A stretch of DNA of 64,000 bases from Octopus sinensis (Eukaryota). Position 1 is the stretch's first letter. Every line of letters starts with the position of its first letter. The stretch spans positions 20,212,001 through 20,276,000 of the forward strand of contig NC_043018.1 of the NCBI RefSeq assembly GCF_006345805.1, read 5' to 3'. Under the pieces are notes generated by a model. That model was not told the DNA's origin. It saw nothing but the letters and a program-made list of their open reading frames with translations, and ran no database searches. This document shows positions 13,179-26,539 of this stretch, piece by piece. The position numbers were made by a program, and so were the translations under genes.

Positions 13179-13340
13179 GGCGCAGGAGTGGCTGTGTGGT
13201 AAGTAGCTTGTTTACCAACCACATGGTTCTGGGTTCAGTCCCACTGCGTGGCACCTTGGGCAAGTGTCTTCTACTATAGCCTGAGGCCGACCAAAGCCTT
13301 GTGAGTGGATTCGGTAGACGGAAACTGAAAGAAGCCTGTC

Positions 13341-13392
<52 letters not shown>

Positions 13393-13724
13393 TCAGTGAA
13401 ATGAAAATTAAAAACGTTTACAAACTCGGTTCATCTTATACTGCAGTTTCGTCTTTTTCAGCAGTAAATATAATTTATATATATATATGTATATATATGT
13501 GTGTGTGTGTGTGTTTGTGTGTATGTGTTTGTCCCTCTAGCATTGCTTGACAACCGATGCTGGTGTGTTTATGTCCCCGTTACTTAGCGGTTCGGCAAAA
13601 GAGACCGATAGAATAAGTACTGGGCTTACAAAAGAATAAGTCCCGGGGTCGATTTGCTCGACTAAAGGCGGTGCTCCAGCATGGCCGCAGTCAAATGACT
13701 GAAACAAGTAAAAGAGTAAAGAGT
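13179..13724 (+). mobile_element. SINE family A with an AT-rich insert in its internal microsatellite
   Basis: Full head and tail; extra ~85 bp at 13389-13472 flanked by (TA)n. Confidence 0.9.
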
Positions 13725-14032
13725 ATATAAAAAGTTAGAAAAAAAACACCTTTTATCAATTCAAAATTAACAATTAATTTTAATATTTCTATTATATGTA
13801 ATTTTCTAGATGGTGTAATTTAATAGTTCATTTTGAATTGATAAAAGGTAGTTTTTAAAAAATTTTATATATATATATACATATATATAAAGTAACAAAC
13901 TGAGAAAAAGAAATCCTTCAAAGGGGTATGTTAAACATCCAATTCACTGGTGCTTCAGTTGGATACCATATGAATATTGGTATAATTCAATAATAAAGAT
14001 GAATTAAATATAGAGATATTCTATTGAGAATC

Positions 14033-14246
14033 CAATAATTTATGTATATTACAATATTACATTAAATACTATGAATATAATATATATATAATAACATGAT
14101 ATTGTATAAATAATTATAAACAATATTATATGAATAATTATAAAATTTATAAATATGGTTTTTATAATTATTTATATAATATTATGTTATGTTGTATATT
14201 ATATTCATAGTATTTAATGTAATATTGTAATATAAATAAATTATTG
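14033..14246. repeat. AT-rich palindrome (~100-bp arms)
   Basis: caataattt..tattacaatattacattaaatactatgaatataatata is mirrored by tatattatattcatagtatttaatgtaatattgtaata..aaattattg. Confidence 0.85.
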
Positions 14247-14424
14247 AATGTCAATATTCTGTTGTGTCTGGGGAGTGTCATTCTCTTTTGGTGCCTTATA
14301 ATTTAACACACTCACCGGTAACATTTCCACTCATTTCCTTCTTTATTTTTCTAAAATTTTCATTGCATCTTGCAACCTTTTCAATAATTTTGACTCCAAA
14401 AACGAAATATATGTGTGTGTGTGA

Positions 14425-14461
<37 letters not shown>

Positions 14462-14463
<2 letters not shown>

Positions 14464-14750
14464 CATCACGTGACCGACCAGGCTATCAGATGTTGCTACA
14501 CATCGCTGGTCACAATGCGCTTCGCATTGTTTTAGCCTTCAAATGACGCCACCCCGCTGGCTAAGCGAGCAGGCCAACAGAAGAAAGAGTGAGAGAAAGT
14601 TGTGGCGAAAGAGTACAGCAGGGTTCGCCACCACCCCCTGCCGGAGCCTCGTGGAGCTTTAGGTATTTTCGCTCAATAAACACTCACAATGCCCGGTCTG
14701 GGAATTGAAACCGTGAATCCGCTGCCCTAACCACTGGGCCATTGCGCCTC
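14462..14750 (-). mobile_element. SINE family C (GGCGCAATGGCCCAGTGGTTAGGGCAGCGG tRNA-like head), short-tail variant
   Basis: Shares head with 37301-37680; same tail as 21880-22182. Confidence 0.85.
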
Positions 14751-16414
14751 TCCACACACACACACACACATATATATATATAAATTCACTCACAAGGCTT
14801 TGGTCAGCCCACTCTATAATAGAAAACACTTGCCCAAGGTGCCATGCAGAGGGACTGAACCCAGAACCTTGTGGTTGGGAAGCAAGCGTCTTACCACACA
14901 GCCACTCCTGTGTTTGTGTGTGAGCATTTCTGTGTTGTCTTGGTAACTTGAAATAATTGTGAACAAACTTGAAATAATTGTGACCTTAAAAACATGTCAG
15001 GCTTCGGAGAATCTATTATCTTGTTTGGAAAGGGATAAAGAGTTGTGACAAGAAACCATTCAGCTGTAGAGAAGCTACCTGAATAAGTCTTGATCAACCC
15101 ATGCAAGCATGGAAAAGCAGACAATGAAAAAGAACGAAGGTGGTAGCACTGGCTCCTCTTCCTTCCCCTCTTCCTCCTCTCATCATGAACAAACCTAACG
15201 AAGCAAGTAATAAACGGCATTGTACACATAAGCATACTCCTGACAAATTATAATGAGATAAAATTGTATGGAATGCCACCGTGTGGTGGTAAGATTTGTC
15301 AAACAGTTAAGTATATGAATGGTGTAATTTCAAGTGAGGTTTTATTGGCCCTGCACCTGTGACCCACCACCAAACAATCTAGGTCATAATAGCTTCGTGT
15401 TACTTTTAGTAAGTCATGCGATGGCTAGACTGCAATCTCACAAGGGAGCCCTTCAGTATGTTATAAAATATTTAATACACATTCACTCTGAATGTGTATA
15501 TGTGTGTTTGAGTGGGTATGTGTTTAAGTGTGTGTGTGTTGCAGGGTGGTTGTCTTTTGAAAGTCATGGAATATTTCCTATCTTGTAAAGTTTCATTATG
15601 TCTCACTAGATGTAGCAATTAAATCTTATTTCCTTTTGTGTTATCTCGTTCGAGGTTAAATAATAGACATTCTTCAAAAGAGACATATGATAGACTAACG
15701 TCATAAAATCATTGTTATTTGGCTCTCTCTCTCGTTCGTTTAGTATGACAAAAATTTCATAACCTTTTGTTGCTTGTGAAATGTATTAATTTAACTTTTC
15801 AAGAGAAGTTTATTGAACCTCACATCAAAATCTATCAACCACTTTCCCAACATAAACCAAATACTTAACAAAGAATATAGCTCAGGGATAACATAGTAAG
15901 GTTTGCCATGAAGCTTATTATGATCAGATATGAGAGGGGTAAAAAGCTTCCTTCACATTCAGGAGAAGACCTCTTCACAGATTAACAGTAACCCCTTTTG
16001 ATCCTTAACCACCTAAGACCATCCCTGGTTGGGGTCTATTGGCATGTCGATCTTCACACAGCACAGCCTTAGAATGGTACTTTTTTATTGGCCCCCAAAG
16101 GGTGAAAGGCAAAGTTGACTGTAGCAGGATTTGAACCCAGGGCACAAAGGGACGGAACAAATACCTCAAAGAACTCTGTCTGATGCTCTAATGAATCTGA
16201 AAATTCACTGCCTTTGATCCTTTGTTTATTCATTAAGGGCACACCTCCATCACATTTAGGTGAAGACCTCATAGATTAGTAGTAACTTACGTTAACCATT
16301 TTGATGCCAATCCACAGGGACCGTCCCAGGTTCTCTGGTACTTCATGTTTTCAGGGGACCTAAAAACCTTCAATCAAATTTCCATATTAATTTTATATTC
16401 CATCATCAGCTTAA

Positions 16415-16611
16415 CCCTTTAGCAAACCAGCCACATCCAGCCTGACTATTTTACTTCCTTTTTGTTCCAAACCAGCCAGATCCAGCCTCTTAAACCTATC
16501 CTACAATATCATTCCAAAAGCAGAGTCACATCACAGAAATCTCGTGATTAATTCAACATAATGTGAATAAATAAGCATTACACTAGACAGAATATTCTGG
16601 ATACTAAAAGG
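16415..16611. mobile_element. piggyBac-like MITE (TTAA target, CCCTTTAG termini)
   Basis: ttaa|ccctttagc ... actaaaagg|ttaa; inverse orientation to the 25339-25548 copy. Confidence 0.65.
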
Positions 16612-17572
16612 TTAAAGATGACAGTTTCAAAATATGGTAACAAAAAAGCCAATCCTTTTAGTACCAACCCACTTGAAACTGCCCCTAGTTCAATGATGCA
16701 AACTTGCAAAGAAAAGGGTTAAAGTTATCTAAATTAAAACCTTCCGTCAAAATTTTACATTAGCCCCTTACCCAACAATTATTTTGAAAATAAATGTATT
16801 TTTCCAGACATATTTTTTAATTGTTTTATTTTACTATGTTTTGAATGGTGATTTCGAGGTATATTTCAAACCTTATTTATTATGAATTTTAATTCAATAA
16901 TATTGATTTTAAATTACCGCTTTGGGCAGAAACGAGTTAACCCGTTTTTAGACGAAGGAACTCGTTTGCTGTCGATTTTGGCGAGTCTATCTTTTGACGA
17001 GTTAACTCGCCAGAGATGGAAAAAAACGATTTCGGTCAAAACGCATATATTCGTTTCTGCCGGGTAAGGGGTTAATTTATGTTTCAAACAGCAGCTTAAC
17101 GATGACAAAAGTTCTCTCACTAAAGTGTTCATTATTTTCAAAGCTAATTGAGTTAAAGAGAGTAATGAAAGAGTTAAGTGTTACAAGTGCCATCTTCTAC
17201 CATTCAATATGCTGACTAGGTGACTATACATCAAAAGAACCTTAAGGTCCATTGTGATTGAACCACACATGTTTCTGCAAGTTCATTGAGTGCCTTATTT
17301 GAATAAGTTGCTAAATCATGTTGACTCTGGTTTACAAAAACATTTCTGAATGCACAATTATTTTGTTACTGTATTTATTCTGAGATGCTCTGTGTTTCTT
17401 TCAATTACTTTAAATATAACAAAGAATTTAGTCAAATAACTTAGTTATCATTCAGCTAGTGTTAGGAACACAAATTGTGACTAAGGTTTGGTGGAAGATT
17501 TTAATTCAAATTTTATGAAAACAAGTCATTTGTACTCAGAGCCGGTTTCAGCCGGGTTGGTAACAAAAGGGT

Positions 17573-18520
17573 TAAGGTGGCAAAGATGGTAGAATCAGAC
17601 AAACTGCTTTGCGACAAGTTTCTGGCTCTTCTGTGTTCTGTGTTCAAATACTGCTAGGGTCAATTTTGCCATTCATCGTTTTTCTGGGGTTGATAAAAAT
17701 AAGTACCAGTTGAGCACTAGAACTGATGTAATCAATTTGCTCCCCCTACCCTTCAAAATTCTTACCATGTTGCTATAATAGAATTATTATTATTATTATT
17801 ATTATTATCATTATTATTATTATTATTTAAGGCAGTGAGCTGGTAGAATTGTCAGTACGCCAGGCAAAATGCTTAGCGGTATTTTGTCTGTCATTACATT
17901 CTGAGTTCAAATTCCGCCAAGGTCGATTTTTGCCTTTCATCCTTTCAGGGTCAATAAATTAAGTACCAGTGAAACACTGGGGTCAATGAAATCAACTTAT
18001 CCCCTCCCCCAAATTTCAGGTCTTGTACCTATAGTAGAAAGGATTGTTGTTGTTGTTGTTATTATTATTATTATTATCATTATTATTTAAGGCAATGAGC
18101 AGGTAGAATTGTCAGTGTGCCAGGCAAAATGCTTCATGGTATTTTGTCTGTCATTACATTCCGAGTTCAAATTCCACCGAGGTCGACATTGCCTTGCATC
18201 CTTTCGGAGATGATGAATTAAGTACCAGTAAAACACTGGGGTTGATGTAATCAACTAATCCCTTCCCCTAAATTTCAGGCCTTGTGCCTTCAGTAGAAAA
18301 GGATTATTCTAATTAAGGCAGCAGGCTGGTGGAATTGTTAGCACGCCAGGCACTTCGTCCATCTTTATGTTCTGAGTTCAAATTCCACTGAGGTTGACTT
18401 TGCCTTTCACCTTTTGGGGTCATTGAAATAAGTACCAGGTACATACTGGGGTTGATGCAATCAATTAGCCTGCCCTTCTCTAAAAAAAAAATTCAGGCCA
18501 TGTGCCTATAATAGAAAGCA
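17573..18520 (+). mobile_element. Four head-to-tail SINE family B copies (starts 17573, 17828, 18088, 18314) separated by (ATT)n/(GTT)n
   Basis: Each begins TAAGG(C/T) and contains the gagttcaaattcc...aagtaccag core. Confidence 0.85.
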
Positions 18521-18544
18521 AAAATAGAATATTGTTGTTGTTGT

Positions 18545-19070
18545 TGAGTGAGGGAGCAGTGCATGCCATCAAAGTGACACTTGGTTAAAATATACGAAGC
18601 CCAGTATATCCATCATGAGTACCCATCTGATAAGGGTACACCAGGCACATGCATCACAATATGTGCACAATATGGTGACTTTGTATCAAGATAAACAGTT
18701 CATGACCTTGCAGGTGGGGCCCAGTTAGAATTTTTCTTCTGGTCGAGTAGCCCATCCCGCTCAAAACGTCCTTGAATAAGGGTTGTTTAAGGATGTTGAA
18801 CGAAACACCCCTATTTCCAGTGGTGAATTATTCAAACCCCAAAGAATCCCTCTCAACACATGGCTATGATGCTCCCCCACTACTTCTGCTCGTGATCAGA
18901 GATGCACATATCGTCAGCCACAAAGGGACCTGCTCAACTGGTTAAGGTCAAACATCTGACAAGCAAATCTGTTGTATTGAGCAGAATATTTGCTGTAGCC
19001 CATCTTTTATACCAAGATAAAACAATGTACATGATAACACTTCCAATCAGTTAAGATAAGAAGCTTTGAG
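18545..19070 (-). mobile_element. Unidentified non-LTR retroposon 3' region with triplet tail
   Basis: Homologous to 23535-23795; ends ...tgctccctcactc followed by (CAA)n on the minus strand. Confidence 0.7.
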
Positions 19071-19303
19071 AGCCAAGAATTATTAAAGCATCAGATAATA
19101 TACCTCCTAGGAATTTTTCATAATCATTTACATTTTTTGTGTTTAGCTTTATTTAGAAGATTTAGAGTTTTAACAAAAAACTTCATTTAATCTAATTCAT
19201 AGCAATTTTTGTGGTGTAAAGATGATGACAAAAGAGCGTGACATGTAGTGGGATGCTGTGCTAGAGGAAACTCCTCTAACCCATGCAAGCATAGTAAAAC
19301 AGA

Positions 19304-20090
19304 GGCGCAGGAGTGGCTGTGTGGTAAGTAGCTTGCCTACCAACCACATGGTTCTGGGTTCAGTCCAACTGCGTGGCACCTTGGGCAAGTGTCTTCTACT
19401 ATAGCCTCAGGCCGACCAAAGCCTTGTGAGTGTATTTGGTAGACGGAAACTGAAAGAAGCCCGTCGTATATATGTATATATATATATGTGTGTGTGTGTT
19501 TGTTTGTCTGTGTTTGTCCCCTAGTGTTTATGTCCCCGTTACTTAGCGGTTCAGCAAAAGAGCCCGATAGAATAAGTACTGGGCTTACAAAAGAATAAGT
19601 CCCGGGGTCGAGTTGCTTGATTAAAGGCGGTGCTCCAGCATGGCCGCAGTCAAATGACTGAAACAAGTAAAAGAGTAAAGAGAGATGTAAAATGCTATGA
19701 TGATTATTATAGGTGCAGATGTCTCTGTGTAGTAAAGAAGTTTGCTTTCCAACCACAAAGTTCCAGGTTCAGTTCTACATTGTGGTACCTTGGGCATGTG
19801 TCTTCTACTATAACCTCTGGCTGACCAAAGCCCTTGTGAGTGAACTTGGTAGGTGGAAACTGAAAGAAGCCTAACATGCATGTGTGTTTGTTTTTTCCCC
19901 ACTGCTGTTCAACAGCCAGTATTGGTTTGTTTACATCCATCCCTGTAACTTAGAGTTCAGTATAAGGGAGGGTTAGAATAAATAAAATACCAGGCTTTTA
20001 AAACATAAGTACTGTGGTCGATTTGTTTGACTAAACCTTTAAAGGTTTACTCCAGCATGGTCACAGTTCAATGACAGAACCAAGTAAAAA
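19304..20090 (+). mobile_element. Two tandem SINE family A copies (19304-19684 young; 19712-20090 old)
   Basis: Both show head, core and tail. Confidence 0.85.
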
Positions 20091-20621
20091 ATGATTAAAA
20101 TCAGCCATTTGTTTGATGACAAAATCCAAGGTGAGTTTCAGGTAGGTTTTGATATCAAAATCACAGGGTATATACAGTGTCAGTGCTTAAAAGCGGTATC
20201 TGGTATATCAGTGTTTGGCTGATATTTTGACATTTGTTGTTTAATCATTATTGAGGTTGATGTGTATTGATAACATCTCGTGTAACTTAGTGACAATGTC
20301 TGCCTTGATTAAGTTACAAATCTCACCAAAGAATGAAATCTCATGACATTTGAAACTTTCAGACGGCTGGATTCAATCATGTCTTTTTTTATCTTTAATC
20401 TTTAATCTTTTACTTGTTGTAGTCATAAGACTGCAGTCATAGTAGGGCAACGCCTTGAAGAATATTTAGTCAAGCGAATCAACTCCAGTAATTTGTTAAA
20501 GCCTAGAACTTAGTCTGTTAGTCTCTTATGTCAAACCGCTAAGTTATGAGGATGTAAACACACCAACAATGGTTGTCAAGCAGTGATGGGGGATGGACAC
20601 AAAAACACACATACACATATA

Positions 20622-21453
20622 TTGGGTTGTCCAGAAAGTTTGTGCCAATTTTTAAAGGAAAGAAGAAGGTCAATAAATACTTGCCATTACATTTTTAATA
20701 AACCAAATATGAACCATTTTGTTGCACAATGCATCTCCATCTTTCCTTTAACTTGAAATTACCCTCTTCCCAGAATTGAGGTGGTTTCATGGCAAAGAAT
20801 TCATCAAGATATCTTTTTTCATCATCCAAGGAATTGAAATGTTTACCATTAAGACCATTCTGCAAAGACCTGAATAAGTGGAAATCTAAAGGAGCAATCG
20901 TCGTCGTCGTTCAACGTCCGTTCTCCATGCTAGCATGGGTTGGACGGTTCGACCGGGGTTCTGGGAAGCCAGAAGGCTGCACCAGGCTCCAGTCTAATCT
21001 GGCAATGTTTCTACAGCTGGATGCCCTTCCTAACGCCAACCACTCCGTGAGTGTAGTGGGTGCTTTTTACGTGCCACCTGCACAGGTGCCAGGCGGGGCT
21101 GGCAACGGCCACGGTCAGATTGGTGTATTTTATGTGCCACCGGCACGGAAGCCAGTCGAGGCGGTGCTGGTGAATATGGAGGTTGAAGTAACACATCCCA
21201 GCCAAGCTGCAGCAATTTTTGTCTGGTTTCCAAAGCATCAAGTGCTGAAAATGAACTTTCTTATCTTCCAATTTAAAGGGTTACAGAATTAACACAAGTT
21301 ATAGGAACATAAACCTTCTTCCATGAAAAGATAGATTAAACTGTGCTCTAAATGGAGGTGTAGTTAAATCCTATTTTATGGACTCAACCATGTTCTAAAA
21401 TAAGTCGAAAGGTAAGCTACTATAAATTGGCACGAACTTTCCAGACAACCCAA
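20622..21453 (-). mobile_element. Internally deleted mariner (D,D34D) element, copy 1, interrupted by a retroposon at 20899-21166
   Basis: ~30-bp TIRs ttgggttgtccagaaagtt(t/c)gtgccaattt; TA TSDs at 20620-21 and 21454-55; MEDKKVHFQHLM N-terminus joined to LGWDVL..PPYSP..APLDFHLF C-terminal block. Confidence 0.93.
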
Positions 21454-21879
21454 TATATATATATATATATGTATGTACATATATATACATACACAATGGA
21501 CTTTTTTCAGTTTTTGTCTAACAAATCTACTCATAAGGTTTTGGTTGCTCCAAGGCTATTGTAGAAGATGCTGGCTCAAGGTGCCATGTAGTGAGACTGA
21601 ACTCAGAACCATGTGGTTGTGAAGAAAGCTTCTTACCATGCAGCCATGACATCTGCAACAAGTGAAACAGCAGCAACAACAATAACAATAATGATGTGGG
21701 AAATGGCAAAGTTGTTAGAGGATTGGATTAAATGCTCCTTGCAATGTTTGTTCAGATCCTTTGTGCTCTAAGTTCAAATCCCACCAAGGTCATCTTTGCC
21801 TTTCATCCTTTCAGGGGTCAGTAAAATAACGTAGAAATCTAGAGGAGTGGATTAAGGGAACTGTGAGGACAAATCATGT

Positions 21880-22182
21880 GATCACGTGACTAACCAGGCT
21901 ATCAGATGGTGCTACACATCGCTGGTCACAATGCGCTTCACATTGTTTTAGCTTTGAAATGACGCCACCCCGCTGGCTAAGCGAGCAGACCAACAGAAGA
22001 AAGAGTGAGAGAAAGTTGCAGTGAAAGAGTACAGCAGGGATCGCCACCACCCCTTGCTGGAGCCTCATGGAGCTTTAGGTGTTTTCTCTCAATAAACACT
22101 CACAATGGCCAGTTTAGGAATCGAAACCGTGATCCTACGACTGTGAGTCTGCTGTCCTAACCACTGGGCCATTTCATCTCCA
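21880..22182 (-). mobile_element. SINE family C short-tail variant
   Basis: Matches 14462-14750. Confidence 0.85.
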
Positions 22183-23343
22183 CATAAGGACAGATACCCC
22201 GTGATATCTCTTCCATCACTTTGTGTTCTCACAGCAATGTCTGCAATGGTACTTGTGCCAGGTTTTTTTGGGGTTCAATTCTGCAGCCATTCCCTTGTAG
22301 AAACAACAGTTCTATAGAGAAGGGAAACCCGTATTGTATGGACAACTGCCAGACTTTTTTTTTTTTTAAGCATTCGTTCATTACAAGGTCCTTAGACCAC
22401 TGAAAATATAAGAGCTACTAGAATAAAATGGATGTTAGACAGGGGTCAGTAAAATAAAGTAGCAATCTTGAGGAGTGGATTAAGGGAACTGTAAGGAACA
22501 AATCACGTGACCAACCAGGCTAACATCGCTGGTCACAATGCGCTTCACATTGTTTTAGCTTTGAAATGACGCCACCCCGCTGGCTAAGCAAGCAGACCAA
22601 CAGAAGAAAGAATGAGAGAAAGTTGTGGTGAAAGAGTACAGCATGAGAAGACAATAGATGTAAAAAGAAGGCATCCAGTTCTTTGATACAAAATACATAT
22701 TTTTTCATTGAAATGTTTGTAATTAAAACCATCCGACATAATTTTGTGTGGAAGACACTTCCGTTATGTTTCCAAGATCAGATTAGGGTTTTGGGTCCCC
22801 TCTCCCCAAACTCTACACAACTGGTTCTCCCTTGTGCCTCATCTGTGCAAGTTTGTTGTTGTTTGGAGTGTTTCCAAGAATAGTTATTTTACCAAATCCT
22901 TTTTGCTGAAACCATAAGTTGTGTATTTCCATAGAAACACGGCCAGAGAAGTGTTAAAAGATTTATCAGTAGAATCTGACAAAACTTCCACAACTTCTGT
23001 TGTATGTTAAAAAGTAGGATGTTTTACTTAAAATTTCGTATCTGAACACTTCCTTCCAGTCTTGCTTGGAATGTGTTCCTGCTCAGTTCCTTGTTTTTCT
23101 TTCCGTTACTTCAACCCAGGAAGCATTCATTCTTGTAACCAAAATTGTTGCAATATCTAACTTAAAGAGTTGATGGTTGCCAGATTCAGATCAATGGATT
23201 GTTCCTAAATTGCTTTCCATGGTAAACCAAAATGGTTCATGGGTAGCAAGCAACAAACCAATTACCTGCTGGAAGACAGTGGAGGGTAATTCATCACCAG
23301 AAACACAGTCTTCTGTGGCTCTCTGAAGTGTGAGGAGACTTAC

Positions 23344-23469
23344 AAATGTCTGATTGATTTCATAAGGCGTTTGTAGTTAATTCTGTATAGAGCAGAGAAT
23401 TGACAATCTTCTATCATTGACTCCATCATGGAATCAGGGATAACATATCAACCGCCATCATGCAAATCT
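23344..23469 (-). CDS. Candidate start-codon-containing exon (126 nt): 5' UTR plus MMESMIEDCQFSALYRINYKRLMKSIRH(L/F), phase 2
   Basis: Strong acceptor taaaattttattttag| and consensus donor |GTAAGT; all frames closed upstream of the ATG; no recognised homologue. Confidence 0.3.
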
Positions 23470-23491
23470 CTAAAATAAAATTTATCATCAC

Positions 23492-23534
<43 letters not shown>

Positions 23535-23795
23535 GAGTGAGAGAGCAGTTCATGCCATCAAAGTGACACTGGGGTAAAATATACAAAGCCCAATATACCC
23601 ATCATGACTACCCGTCTGATAAGGGCACACCAGGCACATGCATCACAGCCATATGTGCGCGGCATGGTGATCTCATATCAAGATAAACTGCACATGACCT
23701 TGCAGGTGGGGCCCAGTTAGAATTTTCTTCAGGTTGAGTAGCCCATCCCGCTCAAATGGTCCCTGAATAGCCCATCCCGCTCAAATGGTCCCTGA
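23535..23795 (-). mobile_element. 5'-truncated copy of the 18545 retroposon family, embedded in (TAA)n
   Basis: (TTA)n on both sides (23494-23534 and 23796-23819); 29-bp tandem duplication at the truncation point. Confidence 0.8.
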
Positions 23796-24091
23796 ATTAT
23801 TATTATTATTATTATTATTTAACCTCTTATCATACACAATTTTTTTTCCATTTTGCATGCAAAAAATATTGTATTTTTTAAATTATTTATTTTGAATCTG
23901 TAAATGAGGAAGATTAATTAAACAAATTATTTTGGATCAGTTATGATTTATTATGAAGTTATTGATCAAAATGATAGTTACTGTTCGTTAATGATATAAA
24001 ACAGGAATAACATCATGAACAAAGTATTTGGGTTAGAAATAAGAGACAGGTACCTCAGAGTACGGTGAATGTATATTTTCCTTCAAATATA

Positions 24092-24847
24092 CTGGGTTGT
24101 CCGGAAAGTTTGTGCCAATTTATAGTAGCTTACCTTTCGACTTATTTTAGAAAATGATTGAGTCCATAAAATAGGATTTGACTAGGGAGCACTCCGTCGG
24201 TTACGACGACGAGGGTCCCAGCTGATACGATCAACGGAACAGCTTGCTCGTGGAATTAACATGCAAGTGACTGAGCAATCCACAGACACGAGTACCCTTA
24301 ACGTAGTTCTCAGGGAGATTCAGCGTGACACAGAGTGTGACAAGGCCGGCCCTTTGAAATACAGGTACAACTCATTTTTGCCAGCTGAGTGCACATTTTA
24401 AGCTATCTTTACGTGGAAGAAGGTTAATGTTCCTATAACCTGTGTTAATTCTGTAACCCTTTAAAATGGAAGATAAGAAAGTTCATTTTCGGCACTTGAT
24501 GTTTGGGAACTAGACAAAAATTGCTGCAGCTCGGCTGGGATGTGTTACCCCACTCTCCATATTCACCAGATATTGCTCCTTCGGATTTCCACTTATTCAA
24601 GTCTCTGCAGAATAGTCTTAATGGTAAAAATTTCAATTCCTTGGATGACGTAAAAAGATACCTTGATGATTTATTTGCCATGAAACTACCTAAATTCTGG
24701 GAAGAGGGTATTTTCAAGTTAAAGAAAAGATGGAGACGCATTGTGAAACAAAAGGGTTCATATTTGGTTGATTAAAATGTAATGGCAAGTATTTATTGAC
24801 CTTTTTCTTTCCTTTAAAAATCGGCACGAACTTTCCGGACAACCCAA
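24092..24847 (+). mobile_element. Internally deleted mariner (D,D34D) element, copy 2, with a SINE-C fragment at 24185-24390
   Basis: TIRs with TA TSDs at 24090-91 and 24848-49; ORF 24503-24775 contains LGWDVLPHSPYSPDIAPSDFHLF, the mariner YSPDLAP motif with the third catalytic Asp; helix-turn-helix and first two Asp regions deleted. Confidence 0.95.
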
Positions 24848-25338
24848 TATATTTACTAGACATCTCTGAATGAAAATACACAGGATAATATGTTAGAGGT
24901 TAACATCCGTATCATTAATAAAGAAAGATTTCTTGATTTAACAAAAGCAGTTCCTTTGTTCTTTTGTATCTTTACCACTTCTTAATAAGAAACATTTAAA
25001 GAAATTTAATGAAAATACTGTTCACAGATGATAAAGAACAATAAAAATTCAGTCATTTTGATATAGTAGGAATATATGATGTGAAATATCTGTTTGGTGG
25101 ATATTTGTTATTGCATCAATATTTGGGTGGAAATTAGTGCACATTAGATTAAATTCAAAATTGTCCAACACCAGAAACCACTCTACTGTAAAATGGACCA
25201 TAAATACTTGTTGGCATTAGGAAGGGCAATCAGCTATAGAAACTATGCCAAAACAGACCTGGAACCCAGGTAGCTCTCCAGCTGGCCAACACCTGTGAAA
25301 ATTGTCCAACCTATATCAGCATGGAAAATGGATTTTAA

Positions 25339-25548
25339 CCCTTTAGTGTTCGCATTATTCTGTCAAAATTAATGCTTCTTCATCTACATTGTTTTGAATT
25401 AATCATGCATTATCTTATATCTATGAGGTAGCTGTTAATTTTTTAAACGGTATTGTAGGGCTGGTGTGAGAGACCAGATATGGCTAGTTTGAACATAAAA
25501 CAAGTAGAATATTTTTGGCCGGATATGGCCGGTTTAAATGCTAAAGGG
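25339..25548. mobile_element. piggyBac-like MITE, 210 bp
   Basis: TTAA at 25335-38 and 25549-52; termini CCCTTTAG / CTAAAGGG; no ORF. Confidence 0.75.
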
Positions 25549-26539
25549 TTAAATGATGATGATGATGACAATGATGGTGTTGAGTGTCTCTGTTATAGTG
25601 CCTCCCTGAGGACTAGGTTAAGGGTACGTGTGTCTGTGGAGCGCTCAGCCACATGTACATTAATTTCATGAGCAGGGTGTTCCATTGATTGGTTCAACTA
25701 GAAACCCTCGTTGTCATAACCGACAGAGCGCTAGTCATGTTCTATATATTGTCAACGTCATCGTTTAACACCCATGTCCCATGCTGGTATGGAATGGATA
25801 GTTTGACAAGATCCAGTGGGTTCAAGAACTGTGTCGTGCTCCAACTTCTGCTTTGGTAGAGTTCCCACACTTGGAAGCTCTTTCTAATGCCAAACTGTGT
25901 GTATTTCTCCTGTCCACAAATCATCTGCTGGCTTTGTGCCTTCAAAGATGGCACAATAGCAAAAGATCAGAATACGAGGTGCCTCGTTAATTGAAAAACA
26001 AATAAGGGTTAGTGACAAGAAAGTCATCCAGCAGTAAAACAATGTTCTGATGATGTATTCACCTATTCGACTTTGCCTTTCATCCTTTCTGGGTCTATAA
26101 ATTAAGTACTAGTTGCGTACTGGGGTCAATCTGATCAACTAACCCCTCCCCAAAAATTTTGGGCCTTGTGCTAGAGTGGAGGAGGGGACCCCCTTAGGTC
26201 ATGAATGACCATGGGATTGCACCTAGAAAGTTACCCTCCAAGGCACAAGTCCGGGCAAGGTTGTTTGTGGAAGACCAGCAGTCGCTCATGCATACCAGCC
26301 TCCCCTCCTCTCCACACCACCGATGTTACCCAAGGGAAAGGCAAAGGGGCCGATACAGCTTGGCACTAGTGATGTCGCAACTCATCTCTAGAGCTGAGAG
26401 AACTGGAGCAATGTGAAATAAAATGTCTTGCTCAAGAACACAACACACTGCCCAGTCCAAGAATCAAACTCACAACCTCACGATCATAAACTCGACGTTC
26501 TAACCACTGAGCCATGTGCCTTCCCAGTGCCTTCAGTAA

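Noticed and set aside
24503-24775. Functional transposase CDS
   Set aside because: Only the C-terminal fragment remains; the DNA-binding domain and two catalytic residues are deleted.
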